Position numbers and translations under genes: made by a program. The notes under the pieces are model-generated. The model worked only from the letters and a program-made list of their open reading frames with translations. It was not told the DNA's origin and ran no database searches. Shown piece by piece: positions 16,352 to 23,858 of a DNA stretch of 23,858 bases. The DNA is from Nitrospirota bacterium (GTDB taxonomy: Bacteria > Nitrospirota > UBA9217): assembly GCA_029858565.1 (NCBI GenBank), contig JAOUEV010000052.1, forward strand, positions 1 to 23,858, given 5' to 3'. Within the stretch, counting starts at the first letter, position 1. Each line of letters begins with the position of its first letter.

Positions 16352-17899
16352 GTGTCCGATATCCATAGCGAACGAATTCTTATCCTCGACTTCGGCTCTC
16401 AATATACCCAGTTGATCGCCCGCAGGGTGCGCGAAGCCAAAGTGTACTGCGAGATCTTTCCCTATAACGCTGGGCTGGAAAAGGTCAAGGCGTTCCGGCC
16501 AAAAGGACTGATACTTTCCGGAGGTCCTTCCAGTGTTTATGACAGCGGCGCGCCGATCATCGATAAAGCGCATCTGGAGCTCGGCATTCCGGTGCTCGGT
16601 ATCTGCTACGGCATGCAGCTCCTGACCCACATTCTCGGCGGCCAGGTGGCAAAGTCAGCAAAACGCGAGTTTGGCAGGGCTGAACTGAACCTGCACAAGG
16701 GCGAAGGGCTCTTCAGCGGGATAGGCCAGGCCGGCAAGGCTACTGTCTGGATGAGCCACGGGGACCGCATCGAAAAGATGCCTGAAGGGTTTCACGCAAG
16801 CGCGCACACGGATAATTCACCGACAGCTGCAATGGCTGACGATGGCCGCAAGTTCTACGGCGTCCAGTTCCATCCGGAGGTGGTCCACACGCCCGAGGGA
16901 ACGAAGATCCTCAGGAACTTCGTGTATGACATCTGTAAATGCACGGCGTCCTGGACCATGGCCTCCTTCGTGGACTTCGCCGTGGGTGAGATCCGGAAGG
17001 CGGTCGGTGACAAAAAGGTGATCTGCGCGCTCTCCGGCGGCGTTGACTCCTCTGTGGCGGCGGTGCTGGTGAATAAGGCGGTTGGCAAACAGCTCACCTC
17101 GATCTTCGTGAACAACGGCGTGCTCCGGAAGAACGAGGCCGAGCGGGTCCAGCAGATGTTCAAGGACATGGGCCTGAACCTGAAGTACGTGGATGCGTCG
17201 AAGCAGTTCCTGGACAAGTTCAAGGGCGTCGAAGACCCGGAAAAGAAACGGAAGATCATCGGCACAACCTTCATCGAGATCTTCGAGCAGGCGGCACACA
17301 GCGAGGGCGCCGAGTTCCTGGTCCAGGGCACGCTCTATCCTGATGTTATCGAAAGCGTCTCGTTCAAGGGGCCGTCGGCGGTCATCAAGTCGCACCATAA
17401 TGTGGGCGGTTTGCCGGAAAAAATGAAGCTCAAGCTCGTGGAGCCGCTCCGCGAGCTGTTCAAGGACGAAGTCCGCGCCATCGGCAGGGAGCTCAAGATG
17501 CCTGATGAGATCATCGACCGTCAGCCTTTCCCGGGGCCCGGCCTGGCCATCCGCATCCTTGGGGAAGTGAGCGAGCCCCGACTTCACATCCTGCGCGAAG
17601 CGGACTTCATTGTCCTCGAGGAGATCAAGAAGGCGGGCCTGTACAAGGAGATCTGGCAGTCCTTTGCCGTGCTGCTGCCGATCAAGACCGTGGGCGTCAT
17701 GGGCGACGAGCGGACCTATGAGAACGTGGTTGCCATCCGCGCAGTGAACAGTCAGGACGGGATGACCGCAGATTGGGTGAAACTGCCTTATGACCTGCTC
17801 GGCATTATGTCCAACCGGATCATCAACGAGGTAAAGGGAGTGAACCGCGTGGTTTTTGACATTTCATCCAAACCGCCGAGCACGATCGAATGGGAGTAG
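16352..17899 (+). CDS. guaA: GMP synthase (glutamine-hydrolysing)
   Basis: [65 protein letters not shown] start with AAGGAG SD. Confidence 0.99.
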   Translation: MSDIHSERILILDFGSQYTQLIARRVREAKVYCEIFPYNAGLEKVKAFRPKGLILSGGPSSVYDSGAPIIDKAHLELGIPVLGICYGMQLLTHILGGQVAKSAKREFGRAELNLHKGEGLFSGIGQAGKATVWMSHGDRIEKMPEGFHASAHTDNSPTAAMADDGRKFYGVQFHPEVVHTPEGTKILRNFVYDICKCTASWTMASFVDFAVGEIRKAVGDKKVICALSGGVDSSVAAVLVNKAVGKQLTSIFVNNGVLRKNEAERVQQMFKDMGLNLKYVDASKQFLDKFKGVEDPEKKRKIIGTTFIEIFEQAAHSEGAEFLVQGTLYPDVIESVSFKGPSAVIKSHHNVGGLPEKMKLKLVEPLRELFKDEVRAIGRELKMPDEIIDRQPFPGPGLAIRILGEVSEPRLHILREADFIVLEEIKKAGLYKEIWQSFAVLLPIKTVGVMGDERTYENVVAIRAVNSQDGMTADWVKLPYDLLGIMSNRIINEVKGVNRVVFDISSKPPSTIEWE

Positions 17900-17972
17900 G
17901 CGTGACGCGTGCGATGACGGGGCTTCTCATCGATCAGGCAATACAGTGTTTTTTTCAAGCTTAACGGAACAA

Positions 17973-18009
17973 GAAAGGCCTGCTCAGTATCGAGCGGGCC
18001 TTTTCGTTC
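17973..18009. terminator. Probable bidirectional terminator between convergent guaA and the TauE gene
   Basis: AAAGGCCTGCTC (17974-17985), loop agtatc, GAGCGGGCCTTT (17992-18003), with T-rich tails on both strands. It overlaps the TauE stop codon. Confidence 0.7.
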
Positions 18010-18733
18010 TTAGATAACGTGTTCCGGTCCAGATCAGCACCATGGCAAAAACGATGCGCAGCACCAGGTCGGACAGAACATGTGCGAGCGATCCTCCAAG
18101 ATAGGTCCCGATCAGGATGCCCGGTACCAGGCCGGGAAGCAGTGACGTCCTGACATTTCCCAGCTTACCATGCGTGTAGGCTCCGACGCCGCCTGCGGGC
18201 ACCATGGCCAGCAGCGAGGTTCCCTGTGCAAGGTGCTGACCAAAACCGGCGAGCAGCACCATGGCCGGCACCATGATCGTTCCTCCTCCCACACCCATCA
18301 TGCCTGAGAGAAATCCGGTGAATACGCCTGCCAAGAGAAGAACGACGGACCTCATCCATCCGGAATCCATACCGCTCATAGGGGGCAGATAGGGTTTCAC
18401 GAGCATGAGCAGGGAAACAAATACCAGGAAGAAGCCAAATGACCGCTTCAGCGTCCACTCGGGCAAAGAGTGCGCGAAATGCGCTCCGGCGCGGGCCGTG
18501 ATGACCGCCGTGGAGGTCAACAGGACCGCTGCCGAGATGTCGACAGCATCTTTCAGACCGTAGACGATCGCACCGGCGATACCCGTGAACACGAGGGCTA
18601 CCAGGCTGGTGCCGTGAGCCTCGTGCTGGGTGAGCTTGAGCACGCTGACCATGAGCGGGATCATGATGACACCGCCGCCTAAACCCACGAGACCGCCGAA
18701 CATGCCGGCAAGAAGACCTGTCAGAATATTCAA
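17984..18733 (-). CDS. TauE/SafE (TSUP) family sulfite/organosulfonate exporter-like membrane protein
   Basis: Two internal repeats: GLVGLGGGVIMIP...AHGTSL and GMMGVGGGTIMVP...AQGTSL, about 8 TM helices. TTG start at 18733 with GGAGG SD at 18741-18745. Confidence 0.92.
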   Translation of the reverse strand: MNILTGLLAGMFGGLVGLGGGVIMIPLMVSVLKLTQHEAHGTSLVALVFTGIAGAIVYGLKDAVDISAAVLLTSTAVITARAGAHFAHSLPEWTLKRSFGFFLVFVSLLMLVKPYLPPMSGMDSGWMRSVVLLLAGVFTGFLSGMMGVGGGTIMVPAMVLLAGFGQHLAQGTSLLAMVPAGGVGAYTHGKLGNVRTSLLPGLVPGILIGTYLGGSLAHVLSDLVLRIVFAMVLIWTGTRYLRTKRPARY

Positions 18734-18782
18734 CGACCTGCCTCCCGAGGAAGGTAAGACTTCGTTCAATCGATTGTCGCAT

Positions 18783-18811
18783 ATATTAACATAGCTGCGA
18801 AAACGTGTCAT
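18783..18811 (-). promoter_or_regulatory. Putative extended -10 promoter for the TauE gene
   Basis: Minus strand ATGACA (18811-18806), 17 nt containing TG, then TAATAT (18788-18783). Confidence 0.55.
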
Positions 18812-18980
18812 CGTGGTTCAAATCCAGGGGCAATCTTCAAATAGGTCGATAAGCATCTGGGCTAGGCGATCAGGAAAGCGAGCTAGTGTCATGCACTAGC
18901 CTGGTCGCGTTCCTCGGCGAAAGAGTTGTTTAAGGCAAGGTTCAAGATGCTATTTGCTGTGTTTCGTATTCTATTTGGAG

Positions 18981-19017
18981 AAAAAAAAGAAGGGCAGCCG
19001 ATGTGGCTGCCCTTCTT
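18981..19017 (-). terminator. Rho-independent terminator of the grx-ftr-hypothetical operon
   Basis: AAGAAGGGCAGCC-gatgt-GGCTGCCCTTCTT, a 13-bp perfect stem. The A-run at 18981-18988 gives a U-tail on the minus strand. Confidence 0.9.
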
Positions 19018-19054
19018 GTGCTGTGCTGCAATGCCCGGAGATTCCTGATCAGGA

Positions 19055-19453
19055 TCAATCGTCCGTCTTGATCTCGTCGGGGTGCACGCCGCGCATCTGC
19101 TGCCCGAACTGGTTAGCCGCAGTGATGCCGACTTCCTGGAGCATGCGCTTCATGGTGTCTTTTAGCAGGTCAAGAGGTACGTCCAAGGCCGATGCCATGG
19201 TCTCAAGGGATTCCTGCTTGGTAAAATGACGTTCGGCTATCAGGATCTTGAGAAAGTCCGCCTGAACGATATTGCGCAGCTCGTCGTCGGTGATCGTGTA
19301 ACCTGCATAGGCTTCCTTCAGCTTCTTGCCTGCTGCAAGGGAAGCGCGGTAGCTGTCCACCGCCTCGACATAGATCCGATCCTCCTCAGGGGAGAATTCC
19401 TTGAATGCAAACTCCGGCATGTCCTCTTTTTTCTTGTCTTTCTTTTTCTTCAT
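19055..19453 (-). CDS. Hypothetical protein (132 aa) with a basic N-terminus and possible C-terminal helix-turn-helix-like segment
   Basis: MKKKKDKKKEDMPEF...ADFLKILIAERHF...SLETMASALDVPLDLL. Gene-like composition, third gene before a terminator. Confidence 0.75.
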   Translation of the reverse strand: MKKKKDKKKEDMPEFAFKEFSPEEDRIYVEAVDSYRASLAAGKKLKEAYAGYTITDDELRNIVQADFLKILIAERHFTKQESLETMASALDVPLDLLKDTMKRMLQEVGITAANQFGQQMRGVHPDEIKTDD

Positions 19454-19532
19454 AGATCCGCACCTTTCAGCTGAAAGTACAACTCCTACCGCCCCCGAGA
19501 GGGACCGCAAATGCGGGCCACAACGGAGCGAT

Positions 19533-19868
19533 TCATATCATCCTGCGCTTCTCTTTCGGTCTTCGTTCGGGCACTTGCCGATGTTCGATCTTTTCCTCGT
19601 TCCATTCCGGGGAGACGTAGAGCTCGCAGTAGCAGCTGCCGTACTCCTTGATATCCGGATCGCGATAGACGCAGGGGCAGGAAATATCCTTGTCCTTTTC
19701 CCGATCACCCCAGGAGAGGCGGCAGGGACAGGAGCGGTAGCCATACCGTTGCTCGTTCGTGAGCAGTCCGCGCATGATATCCATCACCAGCTCCTTGTCC
19801 TTGTTCAGACGGATCCCCTGGGAACGGGCATACGCGGCAAGGATGTCATAGAGCTGTTCCGGTGTCAT
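19533..19868 (-). CDS. Ferredoxin:thioredoxin reductase catalytic (beta) subunit-like protein
   Basis: YGYRSCPCR, ISCPCVY and SCYCELY, the CPC/CPC/CxC pattern. The ATG overlaps the grx stop codon (ATGA). Confidence 0.93.
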   Translation of the reverse strand: MTPEQLYDILAAYARSQGIRLNKDKELVMDIMRGLLTNEQRYGYRSCPCRLSWGDREKDKDISCPCVYRDPDIKEYGSCYCELYVSPEWNEEKIEHRQVPERRPKEKRRMI

Positions 19869-20125
19869 GCGCACGCCTCAAGGGCCTTCCGGATGCGTTC
19901 TTCGTTGAATCCTACAACGATCGTGTCTCCGATGCATATGGTCGGAAAACTCACGTCCGGATTCAGCTTGCGGACCTCTTCGACGATCTTCTCCCGCTCC
20001 GGTCCGGACAAGAGATCCACATCGGTGAACTCGACGTCGATCCCGTTGTCCTGGAAGAACTTTTTCGTTTTGTTGCAGTGGGAACAAGTGCTGAGAGTGA
20101 ACAGCCTGATCTTTGGTTTTCCCAT
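19865..20125 (-). CDS. Glutaredoxin/NrdH-like redoxin
   Basis: LSTCSHC active site, cis-Pro motif SFPT, IVVGF. GGAGG SD. Confidence 0.92.
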   Translation of the reverse strand: MGKPKIRLFTLSTCSHCNKTKKFFQDNGIDVEFTDVDLLSGPEREKIVEEVRKLNPDVSFPTICIGDTIVVGFNEERIRKALEACA

Positions 20126-20145
20126 CGAACAACCTCCAGGAAATC

Positions 20146-20174
20146 ACTATAACATGCCCCATTTCTCCATGCAA
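20146..20174 (-). promoter_or_regulatory. Putative sigma70 promoter of the grx-ftr operon
   Basis: Minus strand TTGCAT (20174-20169), 17 nt with TG extension, then TATAGT (20151-20146). Confidence 0.7.
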
Positions 20175-20289
20175 ATGCTTTTGCCGCGAGGTCCGGCGAG
20201 AACTGTTTCCAACATGGGAGCGGCGATTTGAAGTATAATTAATCACAGGCGCTTGTTATGCGACGATATTTTCCCGGAGGCCCGGTAAG

Positions 20290-21228
20290 ATGCAAAACAG
20301 ACAATGGATCGCTATAGCCGCAGTACTGCTGGTCTGTGCAGCAGGATGCAGCGAACAGCAGCCCGCCCGCAAGGTCAGCCTGGAGAAGCGCGATGCGGTA
20401 ATGGAAAGCGCCGAACCGCATAAGGCAAATACCCTGCGTTTCGCCGTGGGCGGAATGATCACCCCCCGTGAAGGATTCGCCTATTACCGCCAGTTCCTGG
20501 ACTATATCGGAAAAAAGACGGGCCGGCATGTGAAATACGTCGACCGCGAGAAATATGAAGAGATCAACCGCCTGCTCGCGACCGGGGGCGTTGATGTTGC
20601 TTTTGTATGCAGCGGGCCCTATATAGACGGGAGGGAGAAGTTCGGTCTGCAATTGCTCGTAGCGCCGCAAGCCTATGGAAAACCGATCTACTATTCCTAT
20701 ACCATCGTTCACAAGGATAGCCGGATCACCCGGTTCGAGGACCTGCGGGGCAAGGTGTTCGCGTTCACTGATCCTGACTCGAACACCGGGAAGCTCGTTC
20801 CCGAGTACCGGCTTGCAAAGATGCATGAGACCTCGGACTCGTTCTTCCTGAAATACGTGTATACCTACAAGCATGATCAGTCGCTCAAAGCGGTCGCGCA
20901 GAAGGTGGTGGATGGCGCCGCGGTGGACAGCCTGATCTGGGAGTATGCGAACCGGAAGAGCCCCCAGTACACTTCGCAAACAAGGATCATCTGGAAGTCC
21001 CCGCCCTACGGGATACCGCCCGTGGTCGTGCGTCCGGGCCTTGATCCCGCGCTGAAGCGCGAACTGAAGCGGGCATTCCTGAACGCTCATGTCGATCCGG
21101 AAGGCAGGGAACTGCTTGAGAACATGATGATCGACCGGTTCGTGGAGATCAATGACAGCGCCTATGATTCGGTCCGTGAGATGAAATCCTGGATAGGACA
21201 GCAGAAAAAAGGGAAGAAGGCGCGATAG
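20290..21228 (+). CDS. PhnD/AioX-like oxyanion-binding lipoprotein
   Basis: Signal peptide with lipobox AAGC; DVAFVCSGPY, GKPIYYSYTIV, DLRGKVFAFTDPDSNTG, SPPYGIPPVV. Confidence 0.88.
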   Translation: MQNRQWIAIAAVLLVCAAGCSEQQPARKVSLEKRDAVMESAEPHKANTLRFAVGGMITPREGFAYYRQFLDYIGKKTGRHVKYVDREKYEEINRLLATGGVDVAFVCSGPYIDGREKFGLQLLVAPQAYGKPIYYSYTIVHKDSRITRFEDLRGKVFAFTDPDSNTGKLVPEYRLAKMHETSDSFFLKYVYTYKHDQSLKAVAQKVVDGAAVDSLIWEYANRKSPQYTSQTRIIWKSPPYGIPPVVVRPGLDPALKRELKRAFLNAHVDPEGRELLENMMIDRFVEINDSAYDSVREMKSWIGQQKKGKKAR

Positions 21229-22602
21229 ATGCTGACACGTCTTGGCAGTCTCTATGCGAAGGTCCTTGCTGGTATGAGCGGGCTCATACTGCTCATGGGC
21301 GTCGTGCTCATTGTCTTTGTGGAGACCGTGGTGCAGGAGCGGCTCCATGCATCACTGCACAGGCGTGGTTCGTACATCGCACAGGAGGTCGCCAGTGAAA
21401 GCACTGATCCCCTCCTGACGGACCGGCACGTGGCAGTGGACATGCTGCTCCGGGACATTCAGGAAATGGACAAGGATATCGCCTATGTCTTTATTCAGGA
21501 CCCGCTTGGCAAGGTTATCATCCATACCTTTGGCAAGGCCTTTCCCTCTGATCTCCGAACGTTGGGCGTGATCGTAAAGGGCGGTCCGTTGCGAATGGAA
21601 CATCTGGAGACCGAGACCGGGCCGATCCTGGACTTTGCCGCTCCGATCATGGAAGGTTCGCTCGGCACGGTGCATGTCGGCGTCTTTGAGGCGTCGCTGA
21701 GGCGAGAAGTGACCGGGATCGTCATGAAGCTCCTGCTGATCATTGCGCTGGTGATGATCATCGGCACCGGTATCGCAATGGTCGTGGCGCGGGCGGTTAC
21801 CAGGCCGGTGCATGCCCTGGTCCGGGCGATCCGGGAGGTCGCTGCGGGGAACCTGGATGTGGCCGTCGATGTGCGGGGAGCGGACGAGGTCGGGGTGCTT
21901 GCGGCATCGTTCTGCGATATGCTTGCGAAACAGCGGGAGTCGACCGAAGCGCTTCAGGTGAGCGAGAAGAAGCTGCGGGATATCGCTGCGAGCCTTGGTG
22001 AAGGAGTGCTGGTCATGGATTCCCGGGGGATGCTCACCTATATGAACCCTGAGGCGGAAAACCTGCTGGGATGGAAGGCTGACGAGTTGTTCGGCAAGGA
22101 CGCCCATGACTATCTGCATGCGCACCATGGAGACGGGTCGCTCAATGAGAAGGACCGGTGCCCGAGCACGATGGTGCTCGTTTCAGGGATCCGTCAGGTC
22201 GTGGAGCGGGACATGTTCTTGTGCAAGGATGGATCATTCCTTCCGGTGTCGTACGTGACCGCGCCGATACGGGAGGGAAAACGGGTCGTAGGCGCCGTGA
22301 TCGCCTTCCAGGACATCACCATGCGTCAGTTGGTCGAGGAGGAGCGAGAACGGCTGATTGAGGAGCTGAAGGACGCTCTCGAGAACGTCAAGACCCTGCG
22401 CGGACTCATCCCGATCTGTTCCTCCTGTAAACGGATCCGTGATGACAAGGGATATTGGAGCCAGATCGAAGCCTATGTCCACAAACACTCCGATGCCGAG
22501 TTCAGCCATTCCATCTGCCCCCAGTGCGCGGTCAAGCTCTATCCGCAGTATTACAAGCCCGAAGGTCACGACAGCGCCGGGCCAGAGGAGGAAAAGCCAT
22601 GA
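21229..22602 (+). CDS. Membrane sensor: TM, periplasmic domain, TM, HAMP, PAS, coiled coil and C-terminal Cys4 domain; no kinase domain
   Basis: HAMP TRPVHAL...DEVGVLAASF, PAS EGVLVMD...MNPEAENLLGW...AFQDIT, and C-terminal IPICSSCKRIRDDKGYW...FSHSICPQC. No H-box, HATPase, GGDEF or EAL motif seen. Confidence 0.88.
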   Translation: MLTRLGSLYAKVLAGMSGLILLMGVVLIVFVETVVQERLHASLHRRGSYIAQEVASESTDPLLTDRHVAVDMLLRDIQEMDKDIAYVFIQDPLGKVIIHTFGKAFPSDLRTLGVIVKGGPLRMEHLETETGPILDFAAPIMEGSLGTVHVGVFEASLRREVTGIVMKLLLIIALVMIIGTGIAMVVARAVTRPVHALVRAIREVAAGNLDVAVDVRGADEVGVLAASFCDMLAKQRESTEALQVSEKKLRDIAASLGEGVLVMDSRGMLTYMNPEAENLLGWKADELFGKDAHDYLHAHHGDGSLNEKDRCPSTMVLVSGIRQVVERDMFLCKDGSFLPVSYVTAPIREGKRVVGAVIAFQDITMRQLVEEERERLIEELKDALENVKTLRGLIPICSSCKRIRDDKGYWSQIEAYVHKHSDAEFSHSICPQCAVKLYPQYYKPEGHDSAGPEEEKP

Positions 22603-23177
22603 AGAGATCATTGACCATAGTAGCAGTGCTCCTGGCCGGTCTTACCGCATGCAGCCCGGTGCTGAACAGGGAGTATATGGACAGCGGCGCCCGGGAGTTC
22701 AATCCTTCCCACCTCATTGAAACGCCGGAGGTGTTCAAGGACAAGCTCTTCATACTGGGCGGCGTGATCGTCGAGACCAAGCTGGCAGAGCAGGGATCCC
22801 AGATCGAGGCATTGTTCGTGCCGGTAGACCGCTACGGCTACCTGAAGGACGCCAGCCGTTACCAGGGCAGGTTCCTAGCGCTTTATCCCAAGTCGCGCGG
22901 TATTCTGGATCCGCTGATCTACAAAAAAGGCAGGGAGATCACGATAGCAGGGGATTTCATTGAGGCGCGAACGGGCAAGATCGACCAGATGGACTACCAG
23001 TTCCCGGTGTTCGAGATCAGGCAGGTCTATCTCTGGGAGGAGCTCAAGGACTACCGCATGCCTTACTATTACTACTATCCCTATCCCTTATCATACCCGA
23101 CCTGGAATCCCTGGTGCTATGACGCCTGGGGCAGGCCTTATCACTGTCCGCCGTATTGGGGGCCCTATCCGTGGTAA
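22599..23177 (+). CDS. Slp-family outer-membrane lipoprotein with an aromatic/Pro-rich tail
   Basis: MKRSLTIVAVLLAGLTAC lipobox, LGGVIV, GRFLA, LDPLIYKKGREITIAG, YQFPV...YLW. ATGA overlap with the sensor stop. Confidence 0.85.
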   Translation: MKRSLTIVAVLLAGLTACSPVLNREYMDSGAREFNPSHLIETPEVFKDKLFILGGVIVETKLAEQGSQIEALFVPVDRYGYLKDASRYQGRFLALYPKSRGILDPLIYKKGREITIAGDFIEARTGKIDQMDYQFPVFEIRQVYLWEELKDYRMPYYYYYPYPLSYPTWNPWCYDAWGRPYHCPPYWGPYPW

Positions 23178-23190
23178 GGCAGAAAGAAGC

Positions 23191-23218
23191 GGTAAGGGAT
23201 AAGGTGTAAGGGGTAAGC
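23191..23218 (+). repeat. Heptamer tandem array, 4 x NNTAAGS
   Basis: ggtaagg gataagg tgtaagg ggtaagc. Confidence 0.8.
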
Positions 23219-23320
23219 AACATCGCAGGGCGGACAGAGTATGCCGCCCGAATGTTCGCGCTGCACCTCATGGTCCCGAAAAGCTATAATTCCGTACGGC
23301 GATCCCTTCGAAAAATCCTG

Positions 23321-23350
23321 TTTACAATTCCCTTCCGTGCCTGATATACT
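23321..23350 (+). promoter_or_regulatory. Putative sigma70 promoter
   Basis: TTTACA (23321-23326), 18 nt with TG at 23342-23343, then TATACT (23345-23350). Confidence 0.55.
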
Positions 23351-23561
23351 CGGGCAGTTCGCAAACACAAAGTTTGAAGCCTGGTCTTCCGGAAAGGAAA
23401 CCCTATGAAGAAAACCGCTCTTCCCTGTCTGACTGGGAGCAGGCAAAAAAACGCATTAAGAATAGCCTCGGCTTCCGATATCAGAGCTTGCAGGAACCTG
23501 TAAATTGATTTAAAATTATTCGTCATCAAGGTGAAAATCAGGTTCGATTAACAAAGCGGCC

Positions 23562-23756
23562 ATGAAGATACGAGATGTCATAAAATTAATCGAAGAGGAC
23601 GGTTGGTATCTGGTCGTTACAAAGGGAAGTCACCGTCAATACAAACATTCGATAAAACCCGGACGAGTAACGATAGCCGGTCATCCGGGTGACGAAATGG
23701 CGCCGGGGACATTGAACAGCGTTCTCAAGCAGGCGAAACTGAAGGAGGTCACGTAG
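23562..23756 (+). CDS. hicA: HicA-family toxin (mRNA interferase)
   Basis: 64 aa, DGWYLVVTKGSHRQYKH...VTIAGH...GTLNSVLKQA with the catalytic GSH His. Confidence 0.93.
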   Translation: MKIRDVIKLIEEDGWYLVVTKGSHRQYKHSIKPGRVTIAGHPGDEMAPGTLNSVLKQAKLKEVT

Positions 23757-23758
23757 CC

Positions 23759-23858
23759 ATGAGGCGATTTCTCATCGTAATAGAAAAAGCCGGTGATAAC
23801 TTTTCGGCATATTCGCCGGACTTGCCGGGTTGCGTTGCGACCGGGTCCACGCGTGAAG
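23759..23858 (+). CDS. hicB: HicB-family antitoxin, truncated by the window edge
   Basis: MRRFLIVIEKAGDNFSAYSPDLPGCVATGSTRE..., with AGGAGG SD inside the end of hicA. Confidence 0.9.
   Translation, partial: MRRFLIVIEKAGDNFSAYSPDLPGCVATGSTRE

Noticed and set aside
20290-21228. Annotation as phnD of a phosphonate ABC transporter
   Set aside because: No phnC or phnE is adjacent and the gene is coupled to a sensor, so the symbol was withheld.
23217-23260. Imperfect hairpin GGGCGG...CCGCCC after the slp gene as a terminator or sRNA
   Set aside because: It has a short core stem and no U-tract, which is not enough support.
23350-23460. Possible c-di-GMP or other riboswitch (GCAAAC, GAAA-containing hairpins)
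   Set aside because: The order and pairing of elements do not fit the GEMM consensus as far as I can judge. An Infernal scan would settle it.

Overview
A GC-rich window from an anaerobic, Gram-negative sulfur-cycling bacterium. The lineage is inferred, most likely Nitrospirota/Thermodesulfovibrionia or Desulfobacterota. The core is a 12-kb same-strand block for dissimilatory sulfate activation and APS reduction: adk-sat-aprB-aprA-qmoA-qmoB-qmoC-(stand-alone CBS protein)-hppA, closed by a strong intrinsic terminator. To its left lies a divergent PP2C phosphatase and a truncated probable vWA gene. To its right are two HD hydrolases around a YkgJ-type Cys-cluster protein, guaA, a TauE/SafE transporter, a glutaredoxin/ferredoxin:thioredoxin reductase-like/hypothetical operon, a PhnD/AioX-like lipoprotein with a membrane sensor and an Slp lipoprotein, and a hicAB pair at the edge. 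The main leads are: (1) an oxyanion-binding protein coupled to a HAMP-PAS sensor that has no kinase or cyclase output, only a C-terminal four-cysteine domain; (2) co-encoding of enzymes for both by-products of sulfate activation (AMP and PPi) with a putative adenylate-sensing CBS protein; (3) a nested hairpin/inverted-heptamer element between aprA and qmoA, and recurring 4x7-nt arrays at gene junctions. All assignments come from reading motifs by eye; no database searches were run.
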